Source: an uncultured Nitrososphaerales archaeon | Lineage (GTDB): Archaea; Thermoproteota; Nitrososphaeria; Nitrososphaerales; Nitrososphaeraceae | Assembly: GCA_963709405.1 (NCBI GenBank) | Contig: CAVPXM010000060.1 | Span: 32,439-96,438, forward strand | DNA length: 64,000 bases | Reading direction: 5' to 3' | Shown: piece after piece, positions 49,274 to 58,831 of the stretch | Numbering within the stretch: the first letter of the stretch is position 1 | Layout of the letters: each line of letters starts with the position of its first letter | The notes under the pieces: generated by a model | Databases searched by the model: none | What the model was told of the DNA's origin: nothing | The model's input: only the letters and a program-made list of their open reading frames with translations | Program-made: the position numbers and the translations under genes

Positions 49274-49736
49274 TAATTGCAAATATTAGTATCGTAGCAT
49301 GCCACTAGTGCTTTTTGCGAATCTTTATTGCAATAGTACAATCAGGCTTTCATTTATGAATAACACAAGTTCAAAAGCTTCGTTGAGTATAAAGCTTTTA
49401 ATAAATAAAAATCACCAGACTAATGATGAGTTCAAAAGAAACATTGGGAGATTCCGATTGCGGTCATACTGCCGAAGAATGTATTCAAAGATGGTATTAA
49501 GGCTGCACAGAAATCGTTCATCATCACCATACCCACGATTAATGGACGTTTTTCATAAATCAACTAGTGCTCATTTACATATTTATTTGTGATCCAGATG
49601 TTTTGCGTCTGTAATTCCTGACCATGGATAACTGACGGTTAAGTTAATCGATAACGACAAAGTGATATCAGGCCAAATACCAAACAAAGTTTGGGGAGTC
49701 AACTCTGAATACGATACAACATTCTAAAGGATGAGA

Positions 49737-50183
49737 TCAAAACGTGGTCACAAAGTGGAGTTTTAGACTTTTAATACCTCGGTTTTCTGACAAATACTTA
49801 GTTAATTCCTTTATCTTCTTAATTTCTCCCCTTACCATAATAGTTTCTAAGCAATTGTCAGCCTCTAAATGTAGGTGCGTAGTTGCTCCAATAACATCTT
49901 GATATTCATGCTGAACTTGAATCGATTTTTCATCTTGATTATAGACATGATTGTCATAAACTATTATAATCGCACCTGCTCCGAACTGTTTATCTCCAGT
50001 ATTCCAATCATAATCATTCACAAATGAATGAATCGCAGTTTGAAGGGCTTTAGATCTATCTGTGTAGCCAGATTTTAGCATGCTTTTATCAAATTCTACT
50101 AATAATTTTGTAGGCAATGACATACTTATCCTAGTGACAGGTTCTCTTTTTTTATGATCACTAAGCAAATATCTTTTCTTCAA
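49737..50183 (-). CDS. nikR: NikR-family ribbon-helix-helix metal-responsive regulator
   Basis: VTRISMSLP..LL.EFD...GY.DRSKA; QHEY...THLHL...CLE keeps the His3/Cys site. Confidence 0.85.
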   Translation of the reverse strand: MKKRYLLSDHKKREPVTRISMSLPTKLLVEFDKSMLKSGYTDRSKALQTAIHSFVNDYDWNTGDKQFGAGAIIIVYDNHVYNQDEKSIQVQHEYQDVIGATTHLHLEADNCLETIMVRGEIKKIKELTKYLSENRGIKSLKLHFVTTF

Positions 50184-50429
50184 GGCTCATCTCATAATAT
50201 ACAAATAAGAATTCTTTATATTTTGTGATAGGACTACCGCGCCCTAACTTGCATCGCATTTAAGTCAATGACATTTTTACTCTTACTAATGCGATATTCT
50301 ACATTCAAAGTATGTCAAATTTAGCTCACAAAAAGTTAATTGTCTTTATTTGCAGGAAGAATCAGCCCACGTTATCTTTTAATTTTTCGTAGCGAATTGT
50401 ATATCTATTATAGAATAAACAAAGTATTT

Positions 50430-50578
50430 AAGCCCAAATCGAGTATATCAAGCACTTGCACCTTTTCCCACGAGTGAAGCCCTAGCACATACAGACAGTT
50501 TTCGATAGGTATTCTGGCCCGTGTCACTTTAAAGATTTCGTGACCTGTGTAGTCATGTTCGCAGCTCTTACAGATCAT
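50430..50578 (-). pseudogene. Decayed paralog of the Cys/His mini-protein at 56926..57069
   Basis: MICKSCEHDYTGHEIF, then after a frameshift HGPEYLSKTVCMC*GFTRGKRCKC. Confidence 0.6.
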
Positions 50579-50693
50579 TATTATGATCACTTCGTTATCT
50601 TAAATATTAGAAAGTTAGCTGTTCGATTAAAAAATAATCGAATTCGCTCTGTTCTATTTTATCTAGTTTCTTTCAATTCATCGGCGAGTGATT

Positions 50694-50930
50694 TCATTCA
50701 TTGATTATCACTTTCCTTCTTTCCTCATCGTTAATATCTGCTAAAATACTATGAAATGTCTCTAGTTGTGTATTAATCTCCTCTACATACCTCTGGTTAA
50801 ATAAATCAGGCCGTAATTCTTTCTCCTTTTCTTCTATCTTCTTTTGCAACATTTGCTTAATTTCTTCAGAGGTTAACAATTGCTGATTATCATAGATATC
50901 ATGATGATATGAAGTAATAACGACTGACAC
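50694..50930 (-). CDS. Hypothetical coiled-coil protein
   Basis: 78-aa charged helical ORF. Confidence 0.55.
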   Translation of the reverse strand: MSVVITSYHHDIYDNQQLLTSEEIKQMLQKKIEEKEKELRPDLFNQRYVEEINTQLETFHSILADINDEERRKVIINE

Positions 50931-51035
50931 ACCATTTACAGAGGGAGGGTCGTAATGTCTACTAGGACGACGATTTTATTAAAAAGTGTATACAGGCATA
51001 TAAGAAGCTGAATAAATTATGAGACAAGGTAACGG

Positions 51036-51344
51036 ATGATAATGACTAGCAAGTTCGTAGTCCATTGTAGGAAATGGCCTTATGATGTGTATATTGGTCG
51101 GCCTTCACTAGGTATACGTCGAGATATTCCCGGTAGCGATGGAAGATGGGGCAATCCGTTCGTAGACGGTAAAGACGGCACTAGAGAAGAGGTTATAGTC
51201 AAGCATAAAGCATGGTTGCTTTCTCCAGAAAACAAGGAATTAATGAACCAGCTTCCAGAGTTAAAAGGTAAAGTCCTAGGTTGTTGGTGTGCACCTTTGC
51301 CATGTCATGGCGATACGTTGAGCGAGCTGGCGAATAGTGAATAG
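51036..51344 (+). CDS. DUF4326-family protein (often phage/plasmid-borne)
   Basis: VVHC...YDVYIGRPS...WGNPF...GTREEVI...LPELKGKVLGCWCAPLPCHGDTL. Confidence 0.9.
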   Translation: MIMTSKFVVHCRKWPYDVYIGRPSLGIRRDIPGSDGRWGNPFVDGKDGTREEVIVKHKAWLLSPENKELMNQLPELKGKVLGCWCAPLPCHGDTLSELANSE

Positions 51345-51745
51345 AATAAATAATCATATTTTTAAGCTGCTACCTTAGATTTTTATAAGTAACAATAATT
51401 ATGATACATTTAAGACAGACATTTAACACCGAGTTAATAGACGATATTATGCACATACATGGTGCAGACTGGTTTACTTGGAGATATCCAGACGGCGATT
51501 TTGATATCTATACAAAGCTTCATACGTTACCGTCTGCTTTAGACTTACAGAGTTTGTTCACATATAGTTAGTACAACAATTAGTGAATCAGGAATGGACT
51601 CACAGATACGCAATAATTCTAAAACCATTTTCTAAATTTTTTAATTAAAAAGCTCATGTTAGCTGTCAAGACTAAATCTGAGTTTAGTAACAGCAAAATT
51701 ACATCTGAAAAAAAGCTTTACAAAGCCTGAAGACATACAGAAAAT

Positions 51746-52024
51746 ATGGTGCTGTCCCAAGACGACATACAAGAAAGACTCAAGGAATTAAATGGTTGGA
51801 CTTTAAAGGAAGAAAAGATTGTCAAAATTTTGGAATTCCCTTCGTTTATTGAAGCTATCGATTTTGTAAATAAGATTGCTAAAATTTCTGAGATTCATAA
51901 CCATCACCCAATTATTACTATAAATTGGAAAACAGTAAAAATATCACTTAAGTCGTTTGACGTGAATAGCATCACTGAGCGCGATTTTTCGCTTGCTAGT
52001 GCAATAGAGGAGCAAATTAAATGA
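51746..52024 (+). CDS. Pterin-4a-carbinolamine dehydratase
   Basis: F.SFIEAIDFVNKIA..SE..NHHP, ITERDFSLA..IE. Confidence 0.9.
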   Translation: MVLSQDDIQERLKELNGWTLKEEKIVKILEFPSFIEAIDFVNKIAKISEIHNHHPIITINWKTVKISLKSFDVNSITERDFSLASAIEEQIK

Positions 52025-52857
52025 GATTATTAAAATACAGTTCGTTCATAAAGCTGATAACCTCTCTTAGAACTGCTCAAGTCTTGAATGACAAGTGGGG
52101 ACTCTATAAAAACCAGACATCTTACTACGATATATTGGATTCCTTTTCAGACTAAGTTTGCTCAATTATTATCCTACTCCAAAATGATTATCGTGATAGT
52201 TGACCGTGTTATAGTTAGCTGTAGTTATAGTTGTCAACTATTGGTTTCCGGAGACATGGCTTAGGATCACGAAGCCGTTTAGGTCCTTTAGAATTTTATA
52301 AAAGAGCAGTCACGTCCTGCAACCAATTCCAGTACCCACTCGCTCATCTGCTAGTAGACTACTAGCACAAAACCATAGAAGTAGATTACATACATTAGTG
52401 TATTGAATCCCACCGAACCCGTGCCAATATTGTCCCTTTATTATCATCCCCATCATATAATAAAAGTGCATAGATTTGACATTATTAATATAGTCAGCGC
52501 CTATGGATCTATAATTATCCAATAGAATCCTTCATGTAAGCGTTAAAGTCTTCTGAAGCCTATCACGATATAATATACATGGCTGGATACATGATACAGT
52601 CCCAAATCATGGCTCTAGGCTCGAATCCTATTCCTAGCGCTTTGATTTACTTTATGATAGTAATTGCAAATTGGCTAATGTTCAGACTACGTTACATTAA
52701 TTTTTGGTATGCAGACGATACCTTGATTAGCAGCTACAATATTGAATCCCGTCAACAGTTTTTCTTCGAGCTGTCCATTCTTACCATGAAAGTATAATGC
52801 AAATTCAAATAAGACAAGCTAAATAATAACAAGTCTGTCGTAATAGTAGTAATCATA

Positions 52858-53175
52858 ATGAGTGAATTTGCCTTCTTTCGATTTAGAAGCAATAATATGC
52901 TAACTGTGGAAGAAGAGCAGCAGAAAGACGAAATCATTGAACTAACAGAAGAGGTTCTAGAGGCAAAAGGTATAGAATGTGACTCTAGAATATCAAAGAT
53001 TTCTGAGAAGCAATTAAGAGAAATACTTGAAGAAGTAAGGAAATTACGAAGAAAACGAAAAAGACTCGCAACAGCAGATAATAGAACTAGTAGTAATAGT
53101 GCAAAAGAAGAAGAAGAGAATGGAGAAGGAGAAGGAGAAGGAGAACAGCATGAAGAAATACCATATATCAAATAG
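52858..53175 (+). CDS. Hypothetical charged protein
   Basis: Glu-rich with a basic stretch and GAAGGA repeats; start probably ATG 52897. Confidence 0.6.
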   Translation: MSEFAFFRFRSNNMLTVEEEQQKDEIIELTEEVLEAKGIECDSRISKISEKQLREILEEVRKLRRKRKRLATADNRTSSNSAKEEEENGEGEGEGEQHEEIPYIK

Positions 53176-53212
53176 AGGTCATATATCTGATAGGGGTGCT
53201 TGAATTCTATAA

Positions 53213-53572
53213 ATGGTCGAAAGTCTTACAACACGTTGGCTTTTAGCTCTTGGCATGGCTACATTATGTTTTGGAATATTTCTATTTGTCTTACGGATTC
53301 CAATACGAACAATAGGCATATTCTTTGTATTAGGTATTCCTTTGATTTTATTATGGTTATATGCTGATGACAAATCAAAACAACAACGGCAACAGAATGG
53401 GAAAATAATTAGTAATTCTAGTAGTCACCTTGTCCAACACCAACAACAGCCATGTATATGTTCTATTTGTAAGCATGAACAAGCAGGAGTCTGTTTGAAT
53501 CAAAAATGTGCATGCTGTATTATAATGAAGGGTGATAAGGTCATTGGACATTCTATTAATCCAATGCAATAA
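53213..53572 (+). CDS. 2-TM membrane protein with Cys-rich C-terminal domain
   Basis: CICSICKH....CLNQKCACC. Confidence 0.7.
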   Translation: MVESLTTRWLLALGMATLCFGIFLFVLRIPIRTIGIFFVLGIPLILLWLYADDKSKQQRQQNGKIISNSSSHLVQHQQQPCICSICKHEQAGVCLNQKCACCIIMKGDKVIGHSINPMQ

Positions 53573-53774
53573 AAGAGTGCGATTTACTGTAGATGATAAT
53601 TAATAGAGACGTCGTCTAACTTGAGCGCATAAGTCATTTATTATATGAATATGCTCTTAGATTTACTTAGAATCTAATGTAAATACAAAAGGGCTGAGGG
53701 TCTACTTCTTCTCTTATGATATCTATTCTAAATGAAGGAATTTCTTAATTTGTAACCTTATTTTTTGGTTCTGA

Positions 53775-54206
53775 TCAAAACCCCAGTGTAAAATATTTCT
53801 TGGTCGGCTGGTTAACGATATTATAGACTCTAATAAAATATCGTCAGACATATCGTCAGAGAATTCAGCTCAATTTCACGCTCAAAATCCAGTCTCTGAC
53901 GGTTCTGTGGGTTCTGACGATATTATACGGACCTTACGGAAGGAGTGGGGTAAGGACTCAATTTCTGTTTCTGGTAAATTAGAATCTATATCTGAGATAC
54001 AACCTAAGCAGACGTTAGATAGTGATGCAGAAATAGAAGCCCGAAGATTAAAAATTAGGGCCCTTTACTGGGCCGGTAGTAAGTGGTATTGTAAAAATTG
54101 TAAGCAGAGTGGTGATAAGTTTCATGTGGTTGGACACATATGTAATTATTCGAAAAATCCAGATGCTAAACCTAAACTGAATTCAAACAATAAGGAGGTC
54201 GGCTAA
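53775..54206 (+). pseudogene. N-terminally truncated protein ending in a CxxC..H..HxC finger; probable mobile-element replication gene remnant
   Basis: Frame open from 53775 with no early ATG; contains iteron-like ATATCGTCAGA repeats; WYCKNCKQSGDKFHVVGHIC. Confidence 0.45.
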
Positions 54207-54209
54207 CCA

Positions 54210-54455
54210 ATGACCGAAGTAGTTAATCAACGGTTCACACTTGAACAATTCTTAGGCATACTAGATATATACTTACGACCTCAAGAGGTAGAAGATAACT
54301 GGATTAAGATGATTCCTTATGATTTCATGAGTAATTCGCGTCATTTGTGTATGTTTTTAGAAAACGACGCATGCAGGAATAGACAAGTTTTTTGCCGAGT
54401 AACTATGTTTCTTAGTTTTGCATCATATGGTACTACTAGCATAACCCTAAGATGA
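54210..54455 (+). CDS. Hypothetical protein (possibly truncated)
   Basis: ATG 3 nt after the previous stop, preceded by AAGGAGG. Confidence 0.45.
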   Translation: MTEVVNQRFTLEQFLGILDIYLRPQEVEDNWIKMIPYDFMSNSRHLCMFLENDACRNRQVFCRVTMFLSFASYGTTSITLR

Positions 54456-54860
54456 AGCGGAGGAACTCGTCATAAATGAAAGTCAATTGAAGCATGACGC
54501 ATATTATATTAGGATGAGCCTTCAATCATATATATAGCCACTTACTATCCAGAGATCTAAAATCTCATGAGCCAGATAGTCTTGACCGTTCAGACAAAAC
54601 ATAAGCAGCACGAGATGATAACGCATATAGGGCTACGGGCGGCTTGTAATAAGATAACCGCAACTCATACTACACTTAAGCATATCATATTTGAGAAAAT
54701 AGAGCCAGCGTGAAAGCGATAAAAATGTTTAAATTTAGAAAATTTATCGAGATATTGAAAACAATTGAACCGAGATATTACAATATATTTTAATAGAATT
54801 ACTGTTTGGCTCACTTTACATTAATACCATATATGGCAGAGCATTTGTCATCTATCTCTC

Positions 54861-54945
54861 AGATGAAAACACGCCATGAATAGCATACTTGTTCTTATCA
54901 CCAAAATGACGGTAATAAGATAATGCACAATGTCATCTTACATTG
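54861..54945. repeat. Dispersed ~85-bp repeat, copy 1 (copy 2 at 57912-57996)
   Basis: AGATGAAAA.ACGCCATGAATAGCATA...CCAAAA.GA.GGTAATAA...GTCAT.TTACATT is shared between the copies. Confidence 0.8.
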
Positions 54946-55012
54946 AACAAAATTTGCGGCATATTAGTAATACTGAAAGAAAATAAGTGGCGTCTGTCCC
55001 TCAGTAATTCCG

Positions 55013-55597
55013 TTATTTGGTAATAATGCTGTTAGCCGGTGTAGCTTTCTCTACAGTAGGAGGAGGAAGGACTATTAACTGTCCAGCCATTGTAGGTTGA
55101 TGATATCTACAATAGAATCTGAATACACCAGGATCTTCTGCAGTGAACGTGACTGTAGTATTTTGTAGAGGCCCTACATCCTTATTTATATTATATGGTG
55201 CTCCCATCGTTAATGTATGTCTGTCACTTGGGTCAAGATTATAGAAGTGTATAGTTACCGCATCACCCTCATTTGCCCCCAATACTGAATGGGAATATAC
55301 ATCTCCCGGAATGCCGAGTTTTGTTTCATTGATTCCTTCCATTTCTTCAGAGAATACGTAAAACGACTTTTTATTACCCAAATCCGCAGTGGATGCCAAC
55401 ATTGCATTTGTACCATTATTATTAGTAGTAGTTGTTCCATTTTGAGAGGACATATTCATTGATACTGCTGGCGGGGAGGTCTGGGCGTTTACTTGTGGCA
55501 ATATTACACTAATAGAAGAGGTCAAGAGTAACATTACGATAGCTGAAGCAGAAATCGTTATTGTTGACCTGGTTGAAAATATTGATTTTCGTTCCAT
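55013..55597 (-). CDS. Secreted cupredoxin (type-1 copper protein)
   Basis: Signal peptide; HTLT...FYCRYHQPTMAGQLIV. Start set to ATG 55597, about 27 nt after TTAAATA. Confidence 0.9.
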   Translation of the reverse strand: MERKSIFSTRSTITISASAIVMLLLTSSISVILPQVNAQTSPPAVSMNMSSQNGTTTTNNNGTNAMLASTADLGNKKSFYVFSEEMEGINETKLGIPGDVYSHSVLGANEGDAVTIHFYNLDPSDRHTLTMGAPYNINKDVGPLQNTTVTFTAEDPGVFRFYCRYHQPTMAGQLIVLPPPTVEKATPANSIITK

Positions 55598-55642
55598 TTT
55601 CTTGATATAATCGGCTTCCATCAGTATTTAATCGAATACTCA

Positions 55643-55660
55643 ATTCTCTTTTTTGAGAAT
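55643..55660. promoter_or_regulatory. ATTCTC-N6-GAGAAT palindrome upstream of the cupredoxin TATA box
   Basis: ATTCTC TTTTTT GAGAAT; TTAAATA follows after 11 nt on the minus strand. Confidence 0.7.
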
Positions 55661-56219
55661 ATCGATTCTAGAATCCTATCAATAATCAGAAATGCAACCT
55701 ACTCTAATATATCGAACTTGTTATGATATGAACTTACTGAAATGAATCTATTCTTAATTCAAAGTGTAGATTCGTGTATTTACGTGCTCATCTCCGGATA
55801 TGATAGACTAGAACTACGAAAGAAAATTTTGTTACGTGTCTAAACGACAATATGTTATTCGTACCTAATAGTACATCTGCAAAGTTTTATTTTATAGCCG
55901 AAGATTCGCAACAAAAAGTTTGTAATTTATTTTGATTTCTTGTCTATTTATCTGTTAGCGCTGAATTGTGCTTTATATAGTCACTTAGAGATAGATTTCA
56001 GAATTGTCAAACATGGGTTTGCAGATAAATATTTAAAATTGATAAGAAGATGAAATTCCTTCTCTATTTCCATTCCCATGCTTTGAATGTATAATTTCCA
56101 CCTTCATCCTGCTCTAGCTCAATACTATCATCTTGTTATTCAGGGTATTGGAACTACTACTAGGTGCTGTTCCGCCTATAGTCGTAATTCGAGATGATTC
56201 TCTACTGCTAGATCCACAT

Positions 56220-56489
56220 GAATTATTCAGTTTGGTTATATCGTCAATTGTATAGGAACCCACTTTATTATTTTCTCCGTACATTATACCCTTTCCATTG
56301 ACTTAGCCAATAAATTCATGCGCTAGTCTTACCCGCATTTTCCAAACGGTACTAATGGGCGATGCCTTCGAATTTTAAGCTACCTAGTCCAGATATCTCT
56401 GCAATTGGTTCTGGTATGTTGTTATCAACTACGCTTATTCCGGCCTGTTTGCCATTCTCTTCGAAAACTAATTCACCTAGAGCCATTAA
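56220..56489 (-). pseudogene. Decayed hypothetical gene (MALGELVFEE...)
   Basis: Coding-like sequence continues past stops and frameshifts (...VNGKGIMYGENNKVGSYT). Confidence 0.45.
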
Positions 56490-56629
56490 ATTTCCATCTT
56501 CCTTTGATTCAAATTTGACTACATTTATTTTCATCTCCGTGTCTCATTGTTGATTCTACTGTATGCGACTCGATATTGAGGATTACATTATAGTCTAAGT
56601 TCACAAGAGATAGACAAATTCATAATAGT

Positions 56630-56863
56630 GAAAAATCTTTCATTTTTATAGAAACAGTTTTTGGCTGCACAGATTTGGCACTGGAACAACTTATGAAGAT
56701 TAAAGAAATGAAAAGATACTGCAAACTTTTTGGTATGTACGATATCGTTGTGGAAAATGAAGCGCAAACAATGCAGAAGTTAAACGAGGTAATCACTAAT
56801 AAAATAAAAAGTCTACGGACTATAAGGTCCACTACTACTACCAGGGTGAAAGATGAAAAATAG
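56630..56863 (+). CDS. Lrp/AsnC ligand-binding-domain protein (start codon degenerate)
   Basis: KSFIFIETVFG...LFGMYDIVV..EAQTMQKLNEVITNKIKSLRTIRSTTT. Confidence 0.75.
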   Translation, partial: EKSFIFIETVFGCTDLALEQLMKIKEMKRYCKLFGMYDIVVENEAQTMQKLNEVITNKIKSLRTIRSTTTTRVKDEK

Positions 56864-56925
56864 GTACTTGTCCTATGATCTAGTGAGGAATTAGTCCTTG
56901 GCCCATTTAGTTTATGCTCAGGTGA

Positions 56926-57069
56926 TTAAACTTTAATATTGTATCCGAAGTACCTTTTCCTGCGAGTGAAGCAGTAGCACATACAGACCGCAGCCGGTAG
57001 GTAGGCCGGTCCGTGTTGTTTGGTAAAGATGACGTGGTCTCGCTGGTCATGGCCACATATACAGCTCAT
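56926..57069 (-). CDS. 47-aa Cys/His-rich mini-protein (below the ORF-track cutoff)
   Basis: MSCICGHDQRDHVIFTKQHGPAYLPAAVCMCYCFTRRKRYFGYNIKV; paralog at 50430-50578. Confidence 0.55.
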   Translation of the reverse strand: MSCICGHDQRDHVIFTKQHGPAYLPAAVCMCYCFTRRKRYFGYNIKV

Positions 57070-57261
57070 GGTCGTCGCTTCCTTATCTTTGAGTATGTGA
57101 GAAAGTTGGCCATTGCGTTCAATCTTCCAACTACCAAAATCAATAATGAAATTAATTCTATATCACTCATATCATTTACCAATTCCTTTTAAATCTTCTG
57201 GAAAAGCGTCAAAACACGTACATATCAGACTTATAGGTCACATACATTTCAGACTAGTTAA

Positions 57262-57694
57262 ATGAAAAATGATAAATTACTTGTAGTTAGCTTAATCGTG
57301 ACGGTGAGTTGTACAGTACCTAGCAACTCTTGTATGGCCTGTATCTTCTTTTGCGCAGCAGCCATCAACAACAGTGCCAACAAACAAGATAGTCTACTTG
57401 TTCAATTCACATCTCCCTGACGCTAATGAAACGAAGTTAGGAATACCAACAGATTTGTTTGCTCCTTCATCCATTACCGTGAACAAAGGCGATACTGTGA
57501 CGGTGCATTTCTACAATACTGAGCAAGGAGAACCACACACCTTTACGCTAGGTGCACCGTACAACATCGACAAAAACGTGTCACCCGGACAAAATTCAAC
57601 AATTGTTTTTAAGGCAGACCATGAAGGAGTTTTCCAGTATTACTGTAAGTATCATCTTCCGACGATGGGAGGGCAACTGGTTGTCCTTCATTAG
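57262..57694 (+). CDS. Secreted cupredoxin, paralog of 55013..55597 (frameshift in the signal region)
   Basis: NETKLGIP shared with the paralog; HTFT...YYCKYHLPTMGGQLVV; MKNDKLLVVSLIV start at 57262. Confidence 0.88.
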
Positions 57695-57757
57695 GACGAT
57701 TTCTAACACAGAGATTCTAATAAAAAATAATCAAATTTAAGAGAGAAAGGTAATTAG

Positions 57758-57925
57758 TGCTCTGTTGCATGATTTGTCATGATTAGTTTGTGTAAGCCGA
57801 TGGTTATATCATTCAATTGAATATCTTATACAGAGTTGCTTTTAGAAGGATTTCCTTTACCATGTTAGGAAATTTTCTAGCTGTTATATGGTCACCAAAC
57901 ATTCTTTTAATAGATGAAAAGACGC
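57758..57925 (-). mobile_element. IS5-family right-end remnant
   Basis: Minus strand reads VFSSIKRMFGDHITARKFPNMVKEILLKATLYKIFN*, followed by TIR TGCTCTGTTGCAT at 57758. Confidence 0.75.
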
Positions 57926-57996
57926 CATGAATAGCATATTTATTGATATCTCCAAAAAGATGGTAATAATAAAATACAAAACGTCATATTACATTA
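57912..57996. repeat. Dispersed ~85-bp repeat, copy 2
   Basis: Homologous to 54861-54945, same orientation. Confidence 0.8.
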
Positions 57997-58204
57997 AAGG
58001 AATACTAATGGCCACTACTTAGCTCTATAATCTAAGTATTTCAACCTAAGGCATACATGTACAAACAAGATTCCTTTAGCTGAAATCAACCAAATATTGA
58101 CTCGATGTTATCACAATCGCACCGAACTTCGAAACATAGATCAGATCAAATAATTTTGATAATACGCCCAATTCTTGATGGCTTGATCTTGGTGAATAAT
58201 AAAA

Positions 58205-58763
58205 TTAAGGCGCAGACAGAATTTTTTCAGCCCGTTCTAGATTGATATTAATTTTGCTAATCAGTGTTTGAATATCACCTAATGGAGCTTTATGTTTTAT
58301 TTGTTGCCTCAGATCTCCTCTTATCATGAATTCAGTGTTCTGTTTTAAAGTTTTATCATGTTGCTGCAACGGTCCTTCAACGAACTCAAAGTTATCTAGA
58401 TACGCTTTAGCCGCAAGAGTCAAGGCACCTGTATAATTCTGCTTTTGATAAGCGCCAAGAGTTTGGTTTAAAAGCTGTTGTACGTTCGAAATATATTGAA
58501 GTGTCTTGCTATTTGAATCAGTCCTTGATCCAGTCACTGAGGAACTCCCATTTTGACTTTCATTCTTTGTTACGAAATTGTTACTTTTAGTAACATTTGC
58601 TCCATTACCTGCTGCCAACTGCCAATACTTTAGAATTATTTGAGGCAGATATCAATAATATCTGTGATAGCGAAGATGTACAGATCAATACTGTGAAGGC
58701 GATTATTGTAAATCCTATTATTGCTCTATCGCTGTGTGTTGGTATGTTAAATCGATCTTTCAT
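58205..58763 (-). CDS. Secreted protein consisting of one FTR1-type extracellular helical repeat (frameshift near 58620)
   Basis: MKDRFNIP...IGFTIIAFTVL signal; AYLDNFEFVEGPL..HDK.LK..E..IR..LR matches the FTR1 repeats. Confidence 0.8.
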
Positions 58764-58813
58764 CGTTTAAATCCCCTGAAGATAATTGAAAAAGGGATTT
58801 ATTCTAATCGATG

Positions 58814-58831
58814 ATTCTCAATAATGAGATT
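58814..58831. promoter_or_regulatory. ATTCTC-N6-GAGATT palindrome variant
   Basis: One mismatch to consensus; ATAAAT follows after 11 nt on the minus strand; ATG at 58763. Confidence 0.65.

Noticed and set aside
52580-52640. Functional tRNA gene
   Set aside because: No D-arm, imperfect T-stem and CTCGA instead of TTCGA; at most a decayed fragment.
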